Shown here piece by piece: positions 47,841-57,168 of a DNA stretch of 64,000 nt. Position 1 is the first letter of the stretch; each line of letters opens with the position of its first letter. The DNA lies in the sequence record OQ718158.1. One strand, given 5' to 3'. Both the position numbers and the translations under genes were made by a program. The notes under the pieces are model-generated. The model made no database searches. It was not told where the DNA came from and worked only from the letters and a program-made list of their open reading frames with translations.

Positions 47841-47968
47841 GTCTGGAAGTAAAGATGGCTATCCATCTAGACGGCTAAACGGCTAGATTTCTGGATGGCT
47901 AGATGGCTAGACGTTTGGACGGCTAAACGGCTAGATGGTTACACGTCTGGAAGTATAGACGGCTAAAT
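47841..47968 (+). repeat. 16 tandem degenerate octamers (consensus GGCTAGAY)
   Basis: GGCTA at 47857, 47873, 47881, 47897, 47905, 47921, 47929, 47961, all in one 8-bp phase. Confidence 0.85.
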
Positions 47969-48119
47969 CAAAATTTTATTTTGTTTTTCCAATAGTTCCC
48001 CTACCGCGTGGGGATAGTTTCCCCGCAGTATCTGGAGTTAGATTTTTCTGAATCTGGAATCATTATCTTATAAACTGGGGGCAATGTCAACGACCTGGAC
48101 GGATATTTTTAAAAATTTT

Positions 48120-48215
48120 TTCAGTACTGAATTTTGGGCGTAACTATGCACCCGGTGGGCTTGAGTCTTTCTCGACTTGATGGAACTATTATACAGTACT
48201 GAAAAAATAAAGCAA
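48120..48215 (-). ncRNA. promoter-driven GGGTGC cassette A
   Basis: TTGCTT-16-TATAAT then AAGCCCACCGGGTGCATAGTTACGCCC; no ORF. Confidence 0.5.
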
Positions 48216-48249
48216 TACCCTGGAAGCAAAAAAGTTTTAATTAATTTGC

Positions 48250-48338
48250 TTGCTATCCTGGGCCGGACTATGGTACTATATTTCAGTACTGAGAAAGTGC
48301 GTTTACCTGCTAGGGTGCGGGAGTGTATCCTTTTTTTA
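48250..48338 (+). ncRNA. promoter-driven GGGTGC cassette B
   Basis: TTGCTA-18-TGG-TACTAT then CCTGCTAGGGTGCGGGAGTGTATC. Confidence 0.45.
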
Positions 48339-48341
48339 TAT

Positions 48342-48431
48342 CTTGAATTTTGGGCGTAATTCCGCACCCTCTGGGGTTTCCGCTTTCTCGCGTCTATGTA
48401 GTAATTATACGCTTTTTCAGGATCAAGTCAA
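48342..48431 (-). ncRNA. promoter-driven GGGTGC cassette C
   Basis: TTGACT-16-TATAAT then AACCCCAGAGGGTGCGGAATTACGCCC. Confidence 0.45.
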
Positions 48432-48807
48432 TACCTAAAAACAAAATAATTGAAAATAATTTAACGCGTTTAAACGGCCCGTAAAGCCCTGGAATGATTG
48501 GAATGGTGCAAATGTATAGCTTAGGTGTATTAATGCGTTAGAATGCGTCTGAGGCCGTTTTACGGGGTATAGGGATGATTTGGTGGATTGATTCAGTACT
48601 GAATGATAGTACTACTATATAGAAAGATAGTTCCCCTGGATGGTTGCAGTACTGAATGATAGTACTGAATAATAGTTCCCCTATATAGAAAGAAAACTAT
48701 TTTAAAAGTATTTGTAGAAAGTACTTGCAAACTAAGTTTAACGGCGTATAATGTTTTACATCGAGAGCGGGAACACTTCCCGCTACATATTACGAGAGAT
48801 TAAAACG

Positions 48808-49170
48808 ATGGCGACTCAAATCACTAAAATTATTGCTAACCTGGTTAACTTTCGCGACGAGATGAAAGATCTTCCGGCAGAAACGGTAAAAATTCACATT
48901 TCAGCTTATCGGGAACTTATTGCAATGTTACCGCTTAAGCGTGAACAATACGCCGCGACCGTGATGCTTGATGCGATGATCCATAAGATGATCGCCAGTG
49001 ATTTAACGATGGTTTATCAGTATATGGGCGAAAATTTCGCGGTGTATAGTAAACCAGTACCAGGAATGGAAAGTACAGAAGTATTACACGGTTTAAATTT
49101 AAAACAAGATGCATGGGATAATATGCCTCGTTTCCTGGTATGGGCTGACAGTGGCAAGATTTACGAATAA
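48808..49170 (+). CDS. early hypothetical protein
   Basis: True start MATQITK after cassette. Confidence 0.75.
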   Translation: MATQITKIIANLVNFRDEMKDLPAETVKIHISAYRELIAMLPLKREQYAATVMLDAMIHKMIASDLTMVYQYMGENFAVYSKPVPGMESTEVLHGLNLKQDAWDNMPRFLVWADSGKIYE

Positions 49171-49264
49171 GTTTTAAAAAGTACTTGCAAACTAAGTTTA
49201 AAAGCGTATAATGTTTTACATCAGGTGGGGAATAGTTCCCCACTATAATTAAGAGATTAATTTC

Positions 49265-49498
49265 ATGAGTACTATTTTAACTGTTTCTCAATCCGTTGCA
49301 CTGACTGACCTATTAAACGCTTTAAGCCGTTGCACTGAGGTTGGCTTGTTTGATGTGGTAGACGTTGCACCGGACGTTATTAATCATTTTTGTGATGCGA
49401 TGGAAGAATGTAAGGAAGATGATAGCCGTATGATGGCGGTCGCCTTTGAGGAAGTACAACCAGGTGAGATCAAAGGTTTACCAGTACTGAAAAAATAG
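49265..49498 (+). CDS. early hypothetical protein
   Basis: Own cassette. Confidence 0.75.
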   Translation: MSTILTVSQSVALTDLLNALSRCTEVGLFDVVDVAPDVINHFCDAMEECKEDDSRMMAVAFEEVQPGEIKGLPVLKK

Positions 49499-49580
49499 TA
49501 CTTGCAAACTAAGTTTAAAAGCGTATAATACTTTCTATCAGGTGGGGAATAGTTCCCCACTATATAAGAGGATTTAAAAA

Positions 49581-49820
49581 ATGGCTAAATCAAAAATGTT
49601 CTTAGGTCACAAAAACAAAACTCATTGGAATGTAAGCCTTTGGATTAATAACGATGAGTCATTGTACCGGTTGGCCCAGGACTTTATTAACGATAGCACT
49701 AATCGCAATGATGCGGCCCGTCATATGATGTTATTTTTAGAACAGACTGGACAAGATAAAACACCGGACGGATTCAAATATAGCACTACTGCGATCCGTG
49801 CGGCGATGGTTGGAATGTAA
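49581..49820 (+). CDS. early protein, paralog of 51684
   Basis: GHKNKTHWNVSLWINN...TPDGFKYSTTAIRAAMVGM. Confidence 0.8.
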   Translation: MAKSKMFLGHKNKTHWNVSLWINNDESLYRLAQDFINDSTNRNDAARHMMLFLEQTGQDKTPDGFKYSTTAIRAAMVGM

Positions 49821-49908
49821 TAGAATAGAATTTATTTAAAGTACTATTGCACGGGGATAGTACTTTATAATAGTGTTTTATTCATACACCAACGATAAGG
49901 GCAACAGC

Positions 49909-50175
49909 ATGAATATTAAGTATTTTGCGACGCGTGAACAAGCTCGGATCGCCGCACGGCAGGACGGGGCAACGTTTAAAGATATGGGCGTACAATCGGA
50001 ACGTGGTAAACGTTGGGCCATTGTAAAGCGTAGTACCGCCAGATCATTACAGTACTGGTTAGCGGCCTTAAAAAGTCCCGATAGTGTATCGCGTCGAGTG
50101 GTAGAAATAAAGCTCGACCGAAAGGGCAACCGCGTGACTGTGTACCGTACTAAAAAGATTGCAGTACTTGAATAA
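49909..50175 (+). CDS. early protein, paralog of 62423
   Basis: (Y/F)ATRExAR...FKDMG...RWA...DRKGNRVTVY. Confidence 0.8.
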   Translation: MNIKYFATREQARIAARQDGATFKDMGVQSERGKRWAIVKRSTARSLQYWLAALKSPDSVSRRVVEIKLDRKGNRVTVYRTKKIAVLE

Positions 50176-50262
50176 AAAGTACTTGCAAACTATGTTTAAT
50201 GGCGTATAATGTTTTACATCGAGAGCGGGAACACTTCCCGCCTATAACCTGGAGTAATAAAA

Positions 50263-50493
50263 ATGACTAATATGTATATGACTGAAGTTAAAACCGTAAA
50301 AGATACTACCACGAATAAAACTACTTACTTACAGCGGATCTGCGGTGTATGGCAACGTATCAGCAAATCAAAGTACTTTAAATTAACATCATATGCAAAC
50401 CGTTCGGATTCATTCAGTACTGAAATAAAAGGTAATAAAGTACACCAATACGGCACTTATTATTATTATAGCCTGGACGCGATTGCAGTCTAA
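50263..50493 (+). CDS. early hypothetical protein
   Basis: Own cassette. Confidence 0.75.
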   Translation: MTNMYMTEVKTVKDTTTNKTTYLQRICGVWQRISKSKYFKLTSYANRSDSFSTEIKGNKVHQYGTYYYYSLDAIAV

Positions 50494-50523
50494 GCAGTTT
50501 ACAAATCTTTACAATTGCCGGTA

Positions 50524-50602
50524 TTGACTTATTTTGTCAGTACTGGCATAATGTATTCATTGGCAGATAAGCCGTAGCCCATAGGGTGCGGGAGTGTATC
50601 TA
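50524..50602 (+). ncRNA. promoter-driven GGGTGC cassette D
   Basis: TTGACT-17-CATAAT then TAGCCCATAGGGTGCGGGAGTGTATCTA. Confidence 0.5.
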
Positions 50603-50614
50603 TAGAAAAATTAG

Positions 50615-50696
50615 TTTAGTACAGTTACAATTGTGCACCCGGTGGGTTAGCTGTTGTCATGGGGTATATTATGCCAGTACTTGATAATGCTGTCAA
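50615..50696 (-). ncRNA. promoter-driven GGGTGC cassette E (converges on D)
   Basis: TTGACA-17-CATAAT then TAACCCACCGGGTGCACAATTGTAAC. Confidence 0.5.
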
Positions 50697-50775
50697 TACT
50701 TTTTTAATATTCAGTACTGAAAACTATTTTTAAAAAGTACTTGCAAACTATGTTTAAAGGCGTATAATGTTTTAC

Positions 50776-50850
50776 ATCAGGACGGGGAACGAAATAAGTA
50801 ACTTCCCGTTAAGTAGCCCAGGAGTAAGGCACACGAAAAACTCCCCTGAT
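50776..50850 (+). ncRNA. pseudoknot small RNA, copy 1
   Basis: Own promoter (TATAAT 50763); AUCAGG/CCUGAU closing stem; UAAGUA-GCC-CA-GGAGU-AA-GGC-ACA-CGAAAA-ACUCC. Confidence 0.75.
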
Positions 50851-50918
50851 AAAATAGTTTGACAATTGTTTTTAAAAGCGTATAATACTTACATCAACTA
50901 CTGAATGAGGGTTACAAA

Positions 50919-51593
50919 ATGAAAACTATCACTACTACTACTTTCGTTATGGATTTTTCTGAATTGAATGAGGGTTGCAAAGCGAAAACTGTCACTAATA
51001 CTACTTTCGTTATGGATTTTTCTGAATTGAACGCAGAACAAAAAACGTCAGCTATCGAACTGGTTCGGGAACGTGAAAAAAACTTAAACGATGATTATTT
51101 TTCTGAAAGTGAAATTGAATACTATAAAGAAACAGTACTACCGGAATATGGCATTAATGACGCTGAAATACAATTCAGTGGTTTTTGGTCCCAGGGTGAC
51201 GGTGCATCAATCAGTACTGACCACGTTGACGCAGTGAAGTTTTTACGCAAGGTAAGAGCATTAACTAAATATCGCTCAATCCGTCACTTGCTGAATGAAG
51301 ATGATTTGGCGATGAGTGTAAAGCGTTCTCACTCCCACTACTCGCATGAGAATACTGTAAGCGGGTACATTGAATCGGCTTACACTGATTTAACCGCAAA
51401 ACAAGAAACGTTAGTTAATGAGCTTGAGGAACTACTCACTGAAACTATTCGTGAATTATCCCGCAAGTTGTACCGTGATTTAGAGAATGCATATGAGGAT
51501 CAATTCACTACTGAAAACATTACGGCACTGATTGAGGGTAACGAATATCAATTCAATGTTATTAATGGCGTAGTAGAATCAATCGAATATTAA
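50919..51593 (+). CDS. early protein with FSGFWSQGDGA motif and N-terminal 21-aa tandem duplication
   Basis: ORF with own promoter; motif family seen in mobile elements, function unverified. Confidence 0.8.
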   Translation: MKTITTTTFVMDFSELNEGCKAKTVTNTTFVMDFSELNAEQKTSAIELVREREKNLNDDYFSESEIEYYKETVLPEYGINDAEIQFSGFWSQGDGASISTDHVDAVKFLRKVRALTKYRSIRHLLNEDDLAMSVKRSHSHYSHENTVSGYIESAYTDLTAKQETLVNELEELLTETIRELSRKLYRDLENAYEDQFTTENITALIEGNEYQFNVINGVVESIEY

Positions 51594-51683
51594 TTTAAAA
51601 AGTACTTGCAAACTAAGTTTAAAGGCGTATAATACTTTATATCGAGGCGGGGAGTGGTTCCCCGCTCAAACGAGGATTAAAAA

Positions 51684-51923
51684 ATGGCTAGTACTAAAAC
51701 TTACAACGGGCACAAAAACAAAACTCATTGGAATGTTTCCTTATGGATTAATAACGGTGAGTCATTGTATCGGCTTGCTCAAAGTTGCATCGCACAAAGT
51801 AGAACTAAAGATATTGCTGCGGAATGTATGTACCGCAGATTAAAAGCCAACGGTACTACTACAACGCCGGACGGATTCAAGTATAGCACTACGGCGATCC
51901 GTGCTGCAATGGTTGGAATGTAA
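51684..51923 (+). CDS. early protein, paralog of 49581
   Basis: Near-identical motifs. Confidence 0.8.
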   Translation: MASTKTYNGHKNKTHWNVSLWINNGESLYRLAQSCIAQSRTKDIAAECMYRRLKANGTTTTPDGFKYSTTAIRAAMVGM

Positions 51924-51981
51924 TATTCAGTACTGTAACAATGGCGGGGAATGGTTCCCGCCTTTATTGAGGGTTTATCTA

Positions 51982-52242
51982 ATGAGTAAAGTAATTAGCT
52001 ATACAGTACTAAGCAAGTCATTATCTATTAGCCAGTGCACCGATGGTTATTGGCTATTTGATGAAACGCGTGGAATGAATTTAGCTATGCGTGCAAAAAC
52101 TGCTGAGGCGGCGTATCTTGAGGCACTGGAATACTACCAGGAACGTTTAACGGAAGTAGAAGAAGATTATAAAAGCCTCAAAGCGAAAGTAGATCATTTC
52201 GTCGGTCAATTCATCGAGGAAGACGACGACAAACAATATTGA
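51982..52242 (+). CDS. early hypothetical protein with coiled coil
   Basis: Start moved to 51982 after GAGGG. Confidence 0.7.
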   Translation: MSKVISYTVLSKSLSISQCTDGYWLFDETRGMNLAMRAKTAEAAYLEALEYYQERLTEVEEDYKSLKAKVDHFVGQFIEEDDDKQY

Positions 52243-52328
52243 AAAAGTACTTGCAATTAGTTTTAAGTACTGTATAATGGTTTACATCAAAGGGAGAAAT
52301 GGTTCTCCCTGGTAATGAGGAAAATAAA

Positions 52329-52550
52329 ATGGCTAATATCACTACTCTTTCCCAACTGGAAGCACTGGTTAAATCTATGCGGGAACATGCCGACAAAATC
52401 GGCGTACAAGATCCAGCCGTTTGCTTCTGCGACGAATTGAATGATGATACCCTGGTAATAGCAGAAGTCCAGGACGTTTCTAACTATTCCTCGCGTTACA
52501 CTGGCGGCGTAGCAAATAAAGGTGACTTCTGTTTATACCTTACAAAATAA
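52329..52550 (+). CDS. early hypothetical protein
   Basis: Start moved to 52329. Confidence 0.75.
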   Translation: MANITTLSQLEALVKSMREHADKIGVQDPAVCFCDELNDDTLVIAEVQDVSNYSSRYTGGVANKGDFCLYLTK

Positions 52551-52594
52551 CAACGCGGGGAGATAATAACTCCCCGTTACTTTTTCAGTACTGA

Positions 52595-52685
52595 ATCATT
52601 TAATAGACGGATCTCGGCACCCGGTGGGTTAGTGACTGTTTCGTCTTGATGTAGTAATTATGCCAGTACTGGATGCACTTGTCAA
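52595..52685 (-). ncRNA. promoter-driven GGGTGC cassette F
   Basis: TTGACA-17-CATAAT then CACTAACCCACCGGGTGCC. Confidence 0.5.
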
Positions 52686-52793
52686 CAATTATTTTTCAAA
52701 TACTTTTTATTAAAATACTTGCAATTAGTTTTTAAACGCGTATAATGTTTTGCATAGGGGGAGCGGTTCCCCTGGTAACTAAGGAATAAGAAA

Positions 52794-53030
52794 ATGGTCG
52801 AACAAATCAAATCAACGTCTTCGAATGTAACGGGAACGGTAGCACACTTTACTAGTGATGAATCGCGGGGCGTTCCCTATTGTGCTGTACATGTAAACAC
52901 TGAGGGTAACTACTGGTTTACGGTTTACGGATCATATTCATTTGGACGGCCAGGGCATCAAAAAATTCTGGATAAAGTACAACCAACGGGTAAAAATATC
53001 ACTGCCGAAATGTTTTATAAAAAATCATAA
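52794..53030 (+). CDS. early hypothetical protein
   Basis: Own cassette. Confidence 0.75.
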   Translation: MVEQIKSTSSNVTGTVAHFTSDESRGVPYCAVHVNTEGNYWFTVYGSYSFGRPGHQKILDKVQPTGKNITAEMFYKKS

Positions 53031-53114
53031 AGTACTTGCAATTAGTTTTTAGTACTGTATAATATTTTACATCGCAAGGGGGAGCGGTTCCCCCTGGTAA
53101 CTAAGGATAATCAA

Positions 53115-53414
53115 ATGAAAATTGCAATCATCGCCCTGGCTTTATCTGTTTCCTCTTTCGCTGTTAATGCGTCATTAGATGTAAGTAGTGAAAAATTCAT
53201 TCAGTGCACTGTTGCAATGACCGATGAAAGAACTGGCGAGATTGTATTAAAGGATTTAGAGATCCAGCCGGAAGCATTTAAAAACGGGCCGTTCCATGAA
53301 GAAGACGAAAAAGGTAGCACGACAATTTATTACGATGCCAGTACTAAACGCGGTTCGGTCACTGTAATGGATACTGAGAAAGTAACTCATACTGGCGTTA
53401 TTAATTGCCGTTGA
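53115..53414 (+). CDS. early secreted protein
   Basis: Signal peptide ending AVNA/SL. Confidence 0.75.
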   Translation: MKIAIIALALSVSSFAVNASLDVSSEKFIQCTVAMTDERTGEIVLKDLEIQPEAFKNGPFHEEDEKGSTTIYYDASTKRGSVTVMDTEKVTHTGVINCR

Positions 53415-53435
53415 TAGATACTACGGGGTAACATC

Positions 53436-53666
53436 ATGACTAAGCGAATTGTTTTACTTAACGAAAGCAGTACTACACAACTACTTAACGCCGTGCATTA
53501 TGATATTGAAACGAGCGTTAATCTTATCAGTACTGTCGTACTGTTGGACACTGGAAAGGTCGCCAATGATAAAGCGATTGCAGGTATATTAACGGATCTT
53601 GAGCCTGGTAGCAGTGCACCCATAACGTTAAATGGTAAAGTGTTTAATATTTTACTCACTGATTAA
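53436..53666 (+). CDS. early hypothetical protein
   Basis: Followed by terminator AGCCCACC/GGTGGGCT-T7. Confidence 0.7.
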   Translation: MTKRIVLLNESSTTQLLNAVHYDIETSVNLISTVVLLDTGKVANDKAIAGILTDLEPGSSAPITLNGKVFNILLTD

Positions 53667-53784
53667 GTACATAGCCCACCTGGTGGGCTTTTTTTGTTTT
53701 TGTAGTATCGTAGTACTGAGATACTTTGAAAATAGTTTTAAAAAAGTAGTTGACATTACCGCAGAAAAGCGTAGAATGTATTAC

Positions 53785-53857
53785 ATCAAGACGGGGAGCA
53801 CTAAGTAGACCGCCAGTAAGTCGAACGAAAAACTGGACACGTCGAGAAAACTTTGAT
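53785..53857 (+). ncRNA. pseudoknot small RNA, copy 3
   Basis: TTGACA-16-TAGAAT promoter; UAAGUA-GAC-CG-CCAGU-AA-GUC-GAA-CGAAAA-ACUGG; AUCAA/UUGAU closing. Confidence 0.7.
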
Positions 53858-53900
53858 ACACTAATAAACGTAAACTAAACTTTAATTGAGGATTTATAAA

Positions 53901-54383
53901 ATGGCTAATGTAAAATCATTCATCAAAGCACTGGTAGCAAATGAAACTAACGTCGCGGCTGAGATCCTGGCTGAACTGGATAACGATACCATGAAAGCGG
54001 TACGCAATAATTTTAACATCGCGTACAGTACTGCGAAAGAACTACAAGCAAATAAAGCGGCAGAAATTGAAGCGGCAAAGGCTGCCCGTGAAGCAGAACT
54101 ACAAGCAACAATCGAAAGTATTCAGGCGGCAGTAGTTGGATTGGATCTGGAAGTAGTTACAGAGATGGCACAAAAAGCCCTGGCGGTTAAGTATGGGGAA
54201 GACAAGCCAGAAGTAAAAGCCAAAAAATGGATTCAGGAACGCGTAGCGGTAGTACTGGATAATGGGGAAGAATATCTGATTCCGGTGCGTGGTAACTGTA
54301 TTGCGGTAGTACTGGACGCGATTAACGCCAGCGGTATGACTCGCGAGGAATGGATCGAATCTCATCGCAAAGTTGAAGCATAA
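53901..54383 (+). CDS. helical/coiled-coil protein, possibly nucleoid-protein-like
   Basis: Start moved to 53901; Ala/Glu/Lys-rich helices plus short C-terminal domain. Confidence 0.75.
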   Translation: MANVKSFIKALVANETNVAAEILAELDNDTMKAVRNNFNIAYSTAKELQANKAAEIEAAKAAREAELQATIESIQAAVVGLDLEVVTEMAQKALAVKYGEDKPEVKAKKWIQERVAVVLDNGEEYLIPVRGNCIAVVLDAINASGMTREEWIESHRKVEA

Positions 54384-54667
54384 CAATTAAAGTACTGAAT
54401 CACTAGCCCACTGTATAAGTGGGCTTTTTTGTGTTTATCGTTTACCAGGCCACCAGCACCGCCTAGAAACGATTCTAACGTATTAAACTGTTTATCTGAT
54501 GCATTGCCCTAGCTGGTGGCGTGAAGGTCGTTAGAATGCGATTGAGAGCGTTTAAAGTATTTTGCAAAAAGTAATAAAAAGTACTTGCACGATTAAGAGA
54601 TTAGCGTATAATGTTTTACATCGAGAGGGGGAAACGGTTCTCCTTCCAAATCAAAGGAATCAAAACA

Positions 54668-54895
54668 ATGGCTATCGTAATCACTCGCGTAACTGGTACT
54701 ACTGGCAATTCTTCTACTGTTGCTGTAATTACTAATAAGAAAGGTGCGGAATTGCATTTTGCAATGGATAAATGGGCCGTTAATGAGTTCGGTCAGTGGG
54801 CAAGTGTAGCATACATTGAAACCTATCAAGTGCCGTCGATTAGTTTAACTGATTTGGGCGTTGAGCGTATCCTTTGCCTTGATGAATTAAATTAA
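54668..54895 (+). CDS. early hypothetical protein
   Basis: True start MAIVITR. Confidence 0.75.
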   Translation: MAIVITRVTGTTGNSSTVAVITNKKGAELHFAMDKWAVNEFGQWASVAYIETYQVPSISLTDLGVERILCLDELN

Positions 54896-54980
54896 AAAAG
54901 TACTTGCAAAGTAAATCGAATAAAGTATAATACATTACATCAAGGGGAGAAATGGTTCTCCCCACTACAAGGAAACTAAA

Positions 54981-55124
54981 ATGAAAACTTGTCAATGTGG
55001 TCAGAAATCTATTACGGGTTTAAAGCGGGGCGTTGCTCTTTGCCAGTACCATTATAATTTACAAGTATGGGGTAAAGAATGGGCCGACCAGGTGGAAGCA
55101 GCAAAGAAAGCAAAAAGTAAGTAA
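54981..55124 (+). CDS. 47-aa putative Zn-binding peptide (not in track)
   Basis: MKTCQCG...LCQYH; own cassette. Confidence 0.65.
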   Translation: MKTCQCGQKSITGLKRGVALCQYHYNLQVWGKEWADQVEAAKKAKSK

Positions 55125-55204
55125 AATATTATCACAGTACTATTGACATAGTTTGATAGTACTGGCATAATAGATTTTATCAAGACAACTAAGAGGAAAC
55201 AATA

Positions 55205-55417
55205 ATGGCTATCATCACAAAAATCAAAGTTAACAAATCACTGGTTAAACTTGAACAAGTGAAAGCAGGTTATAAAGTATCGTGGTGCGGTATGTATCGG
55301 ATGTTCACCGATATAGACAATGCAATCAAGTACTACACTGACACCGTTGCCTCATTCGTTCGTGCTGATGTGGTTATGGCAGTGGCAACGCACAAAGCAG
55401 CGAAAGAAAGTAAGTAA
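55205..55417 (+). CDS. early protein, paralog of 58343
   Basis: MAII-x-K...Y-x-VS. Confidence 0.7.
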   Translation: MAIITKIKVNKSLVKLEQVKAGYKVSWCGMYRMFTDIDNAIKYYTDTVASFVRADVVMAVATHKAAKESK

Positions 55418-55506
55418 AAATATTATCACAGTACTATTGACATAGTTTGATAGTACTGGCATAATAGATTTTATCAAGACAACATATTAATTTAAGGAAT
55501 ACAAAA

Positions 55507-55830
55507 ATGGCTAAAACTATCATTAACACCGTTTCCCTGGCTGCAATCCGTGCAATCAATGTTGACGGTAAACGTTGGACTGATTCATATGGCAATACTT
55601 ATCATTCTTGTCATGTAAGCGTTGAACTGGATAACGGTTTGAATGATCTGGCGGTTGAATCATTTACTTATGGCTATGAAGATGCATATCAACAAACGGC
55701 GTTATCTCTCTTAAAGGAATCAGTAGACGGGCTTAATACTGATGAAACCTCCCTTACTCGTGTGTGCAATGATCTTAATATCCCGTTGCATTGTACTGTA
55801 CAGAATGTTAAACGCAAAAAAGATCTTTAA
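55507..55830 (+). CDS. early protein, paralog of 62004
   Basis: RWTDSxGNTYHSC...FTYGY...VKRKKD. Confidence 0.8.
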   Translation: MAKTIINTVSLAAIRAINVDGKRWTDSYGNTYHSCHVSVELDNGLNDLAVESFTYGYEDAYQQTALSLLKESVDGLNTDETSLTRVCNDLNIPLHCTVQNVKRKKDL

Positions 55831-55909
55831 TTAGCTTTACTTTATGCAGATACTTTGATATAGTGTCTGCATAGGGGAAAGAAATTAAACTACTTAAGAG
55901 GATCGTATA

Positions 55910-56179
55910 ATGAAAAATATCAGTACTTTAATCGATGCAGGTACTCATGTTCGTCGGTCTATGGTTGCAACCAGTACTACAAAACAAGTAGCGAGCGGTT
56001 ATCTTGTATTTGTGCACGATGGTAAACTCCTGGAACGTTCAATCAATTTTGATGTTAAAAACAATTGCCGTTTTATTATCTTTAAGCGTGAGCAATATAA
56101 AATTGATTTACCAGCAAAGCCCATTAGTGGGGCGTACAACGTGCAATCATTGTTTGAACGTCAACCATACACCTATTAA
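55910..56179 (+). CDS. early hypothetical protein
   Basis: GAGG RBS. Confidence 0.7.
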   Translation: MKNISTLIDAGTHVRRSMVATSTTKQVASGYLVFVHDGKLLERSINFDVKNNCRFIIFKREQYKIDLPAKPISGAYNVQSLFERQPYTY

Positions 56180-56230
56180 TCAAAACATCGTTAGCGGTCG
56201 ATTCAGGCCGCTTATATTGGGGATTATACC

Positions 56231-56503
56231 ATGAACGTTAATCAAGTACTGAATGAGATCGAAAGCATCATTAAACCGATGAAGCGTACTGATGCTATGT
56301 TAACACCGGAAGAATGCCGCCTTTATGAGCGTTACAGCGTCGAACAAGTCCAGGCAATGGCTATGGCTACCCCAGCCGTTAAACCGCCTGAGAATGCGTT
56401 ACAGGACGTTACAGGGGATTATATCATCAATCCAGTACTAGGGAAGATGGCTGCAATCACCGAAGATCAACAAGACTACTTAAGCCAGTACTTAAAAGGT
56501 TAA
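56231..56503 (+). CDS. early hypothetical protein
   Basis: ORF with RBS. Confidence 0.7.
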   Translation: MNVNQVLNEIESIIKPMKRTDAMLTPEECRLYERYSVEQVQAMAMATPAVKPPENALQDVTGDYIINPVLGKMAAITEDQQDYLSQYLKG

Positions 56504-56508
56504 TTAAT

Positions 56509-56718
56509 ATGCTTACTGTACAGGATAAGATCGACATCTTAAAGGTTAATATGTATGTGATTGATGCAGTACCTGGTAAAGTATTTGCCTACGATGACAC
56601 CACTGTAAGCGATTTCTACTATAGCCAGGCCGTGGGGGATCTTTCTGTACAGTCGGTTATTGAAAACGTAGTTAATGCAGCGTATGAGCATTTACTTTCA
56701 AATAGTACTTGCAATTAG
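56509..56718 (+). CDS. early hypothetical protein
   Basis: ORF with AAGG RBS. Confidence 0.7.
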   Translation: MLTVQDKIDILKVNMYVIDAVPGKVFAYDDTTVSDFYYSQAVGDLSVQSVIENVVNAAYEHLLSNSTCN

Positions 56719-56787
56719 TTTTTAAACGCGTATAATGTTTTACATGAAGGGGAGAAATGATTCTCCCCACTAATTAAGGAATATGAA

Positions 56788-56934
56788 ATGAAAGCATCAA
56801 AAAAGAGTACTAACAAGAAAGCACGTTCAACCTTAGATGGGGTATTCCCTTTACGTTTCGTTGATGAAGTGGTTTCCTACCCGCCTGGCCTTACTCCTGA
56901 GATGGTAGAAAGTTTGCGTAAATCTAAAAAATAG
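56788..56934 (+). CDS. 48-aa basic peptide (not in track)
   Basis: Own cassette; MKASKKSTNKKARST... Confidence 0.6.
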   Translation: MKASKKSTNKKARSTLDGVFPLRFVDEVVSYPPGLTPEMVESLRKSKK

Positions 56935-57015
56935 TACTTGCAATTAGTTTTTAGTACTGTATAATGTTTTACATGAAGGGGAGAAATGATTCTCCCCAAT
57001 AACAGGAGAAACAAA

Positions 57016-57168
57016 ATGAAACAATACAACGCTCGGTTTGATGTTACTATCGGTAACGGCAAAGGTCAATTCTCTTTCAGTACTCGCAAAAGTTATACAG
57101 AAAACTTCCTGCGTAATTGTGCACTGACCGCCGCACAAATTAAACATTACTTTCAGGCTAAAAAATGA
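57016..57168 (+). CDS. 50-aa early peptide
   Basis: True start MKQYNARF after AGGAG. Confidence 0.65.
   Translation: MKQYNARFDVTIGNGKGQFSFSTRKSYTENFLRNCALTAAQIKHYFQAKK

Noticed and set aside
48068-48438. ORFs 48068-48367, 48177-48359, 48250-48438
   Set aside because: They overlap promoters and non-coding cassettes on both strands, lack RBSs and have no protein-like features.
48751-48807. N-terminal extensions MFYIE..., MVLPG..., MILPN..., MTVL.CFST... on early ORFs (48751, 52299, 54611, 56986, 57556, 60626, 63131, 63407)
   Set aside because: These starts fall inside the promoter (-10 box, stem-loop or TTGACA). The real ATG follows the RBS downstream, so the shared peptides are artefacts of the DNA cassette.
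50776-50850. tRNA, hammerhead or pistol identity for the 73-75-nt RNAs
   Set aside because: There is no T-loop/D-loop/CCA cloverleaf and no CUGAnGA core. CCCGUUAAGUAG superficially resembles pistol, but the pseudoknot topology differs.
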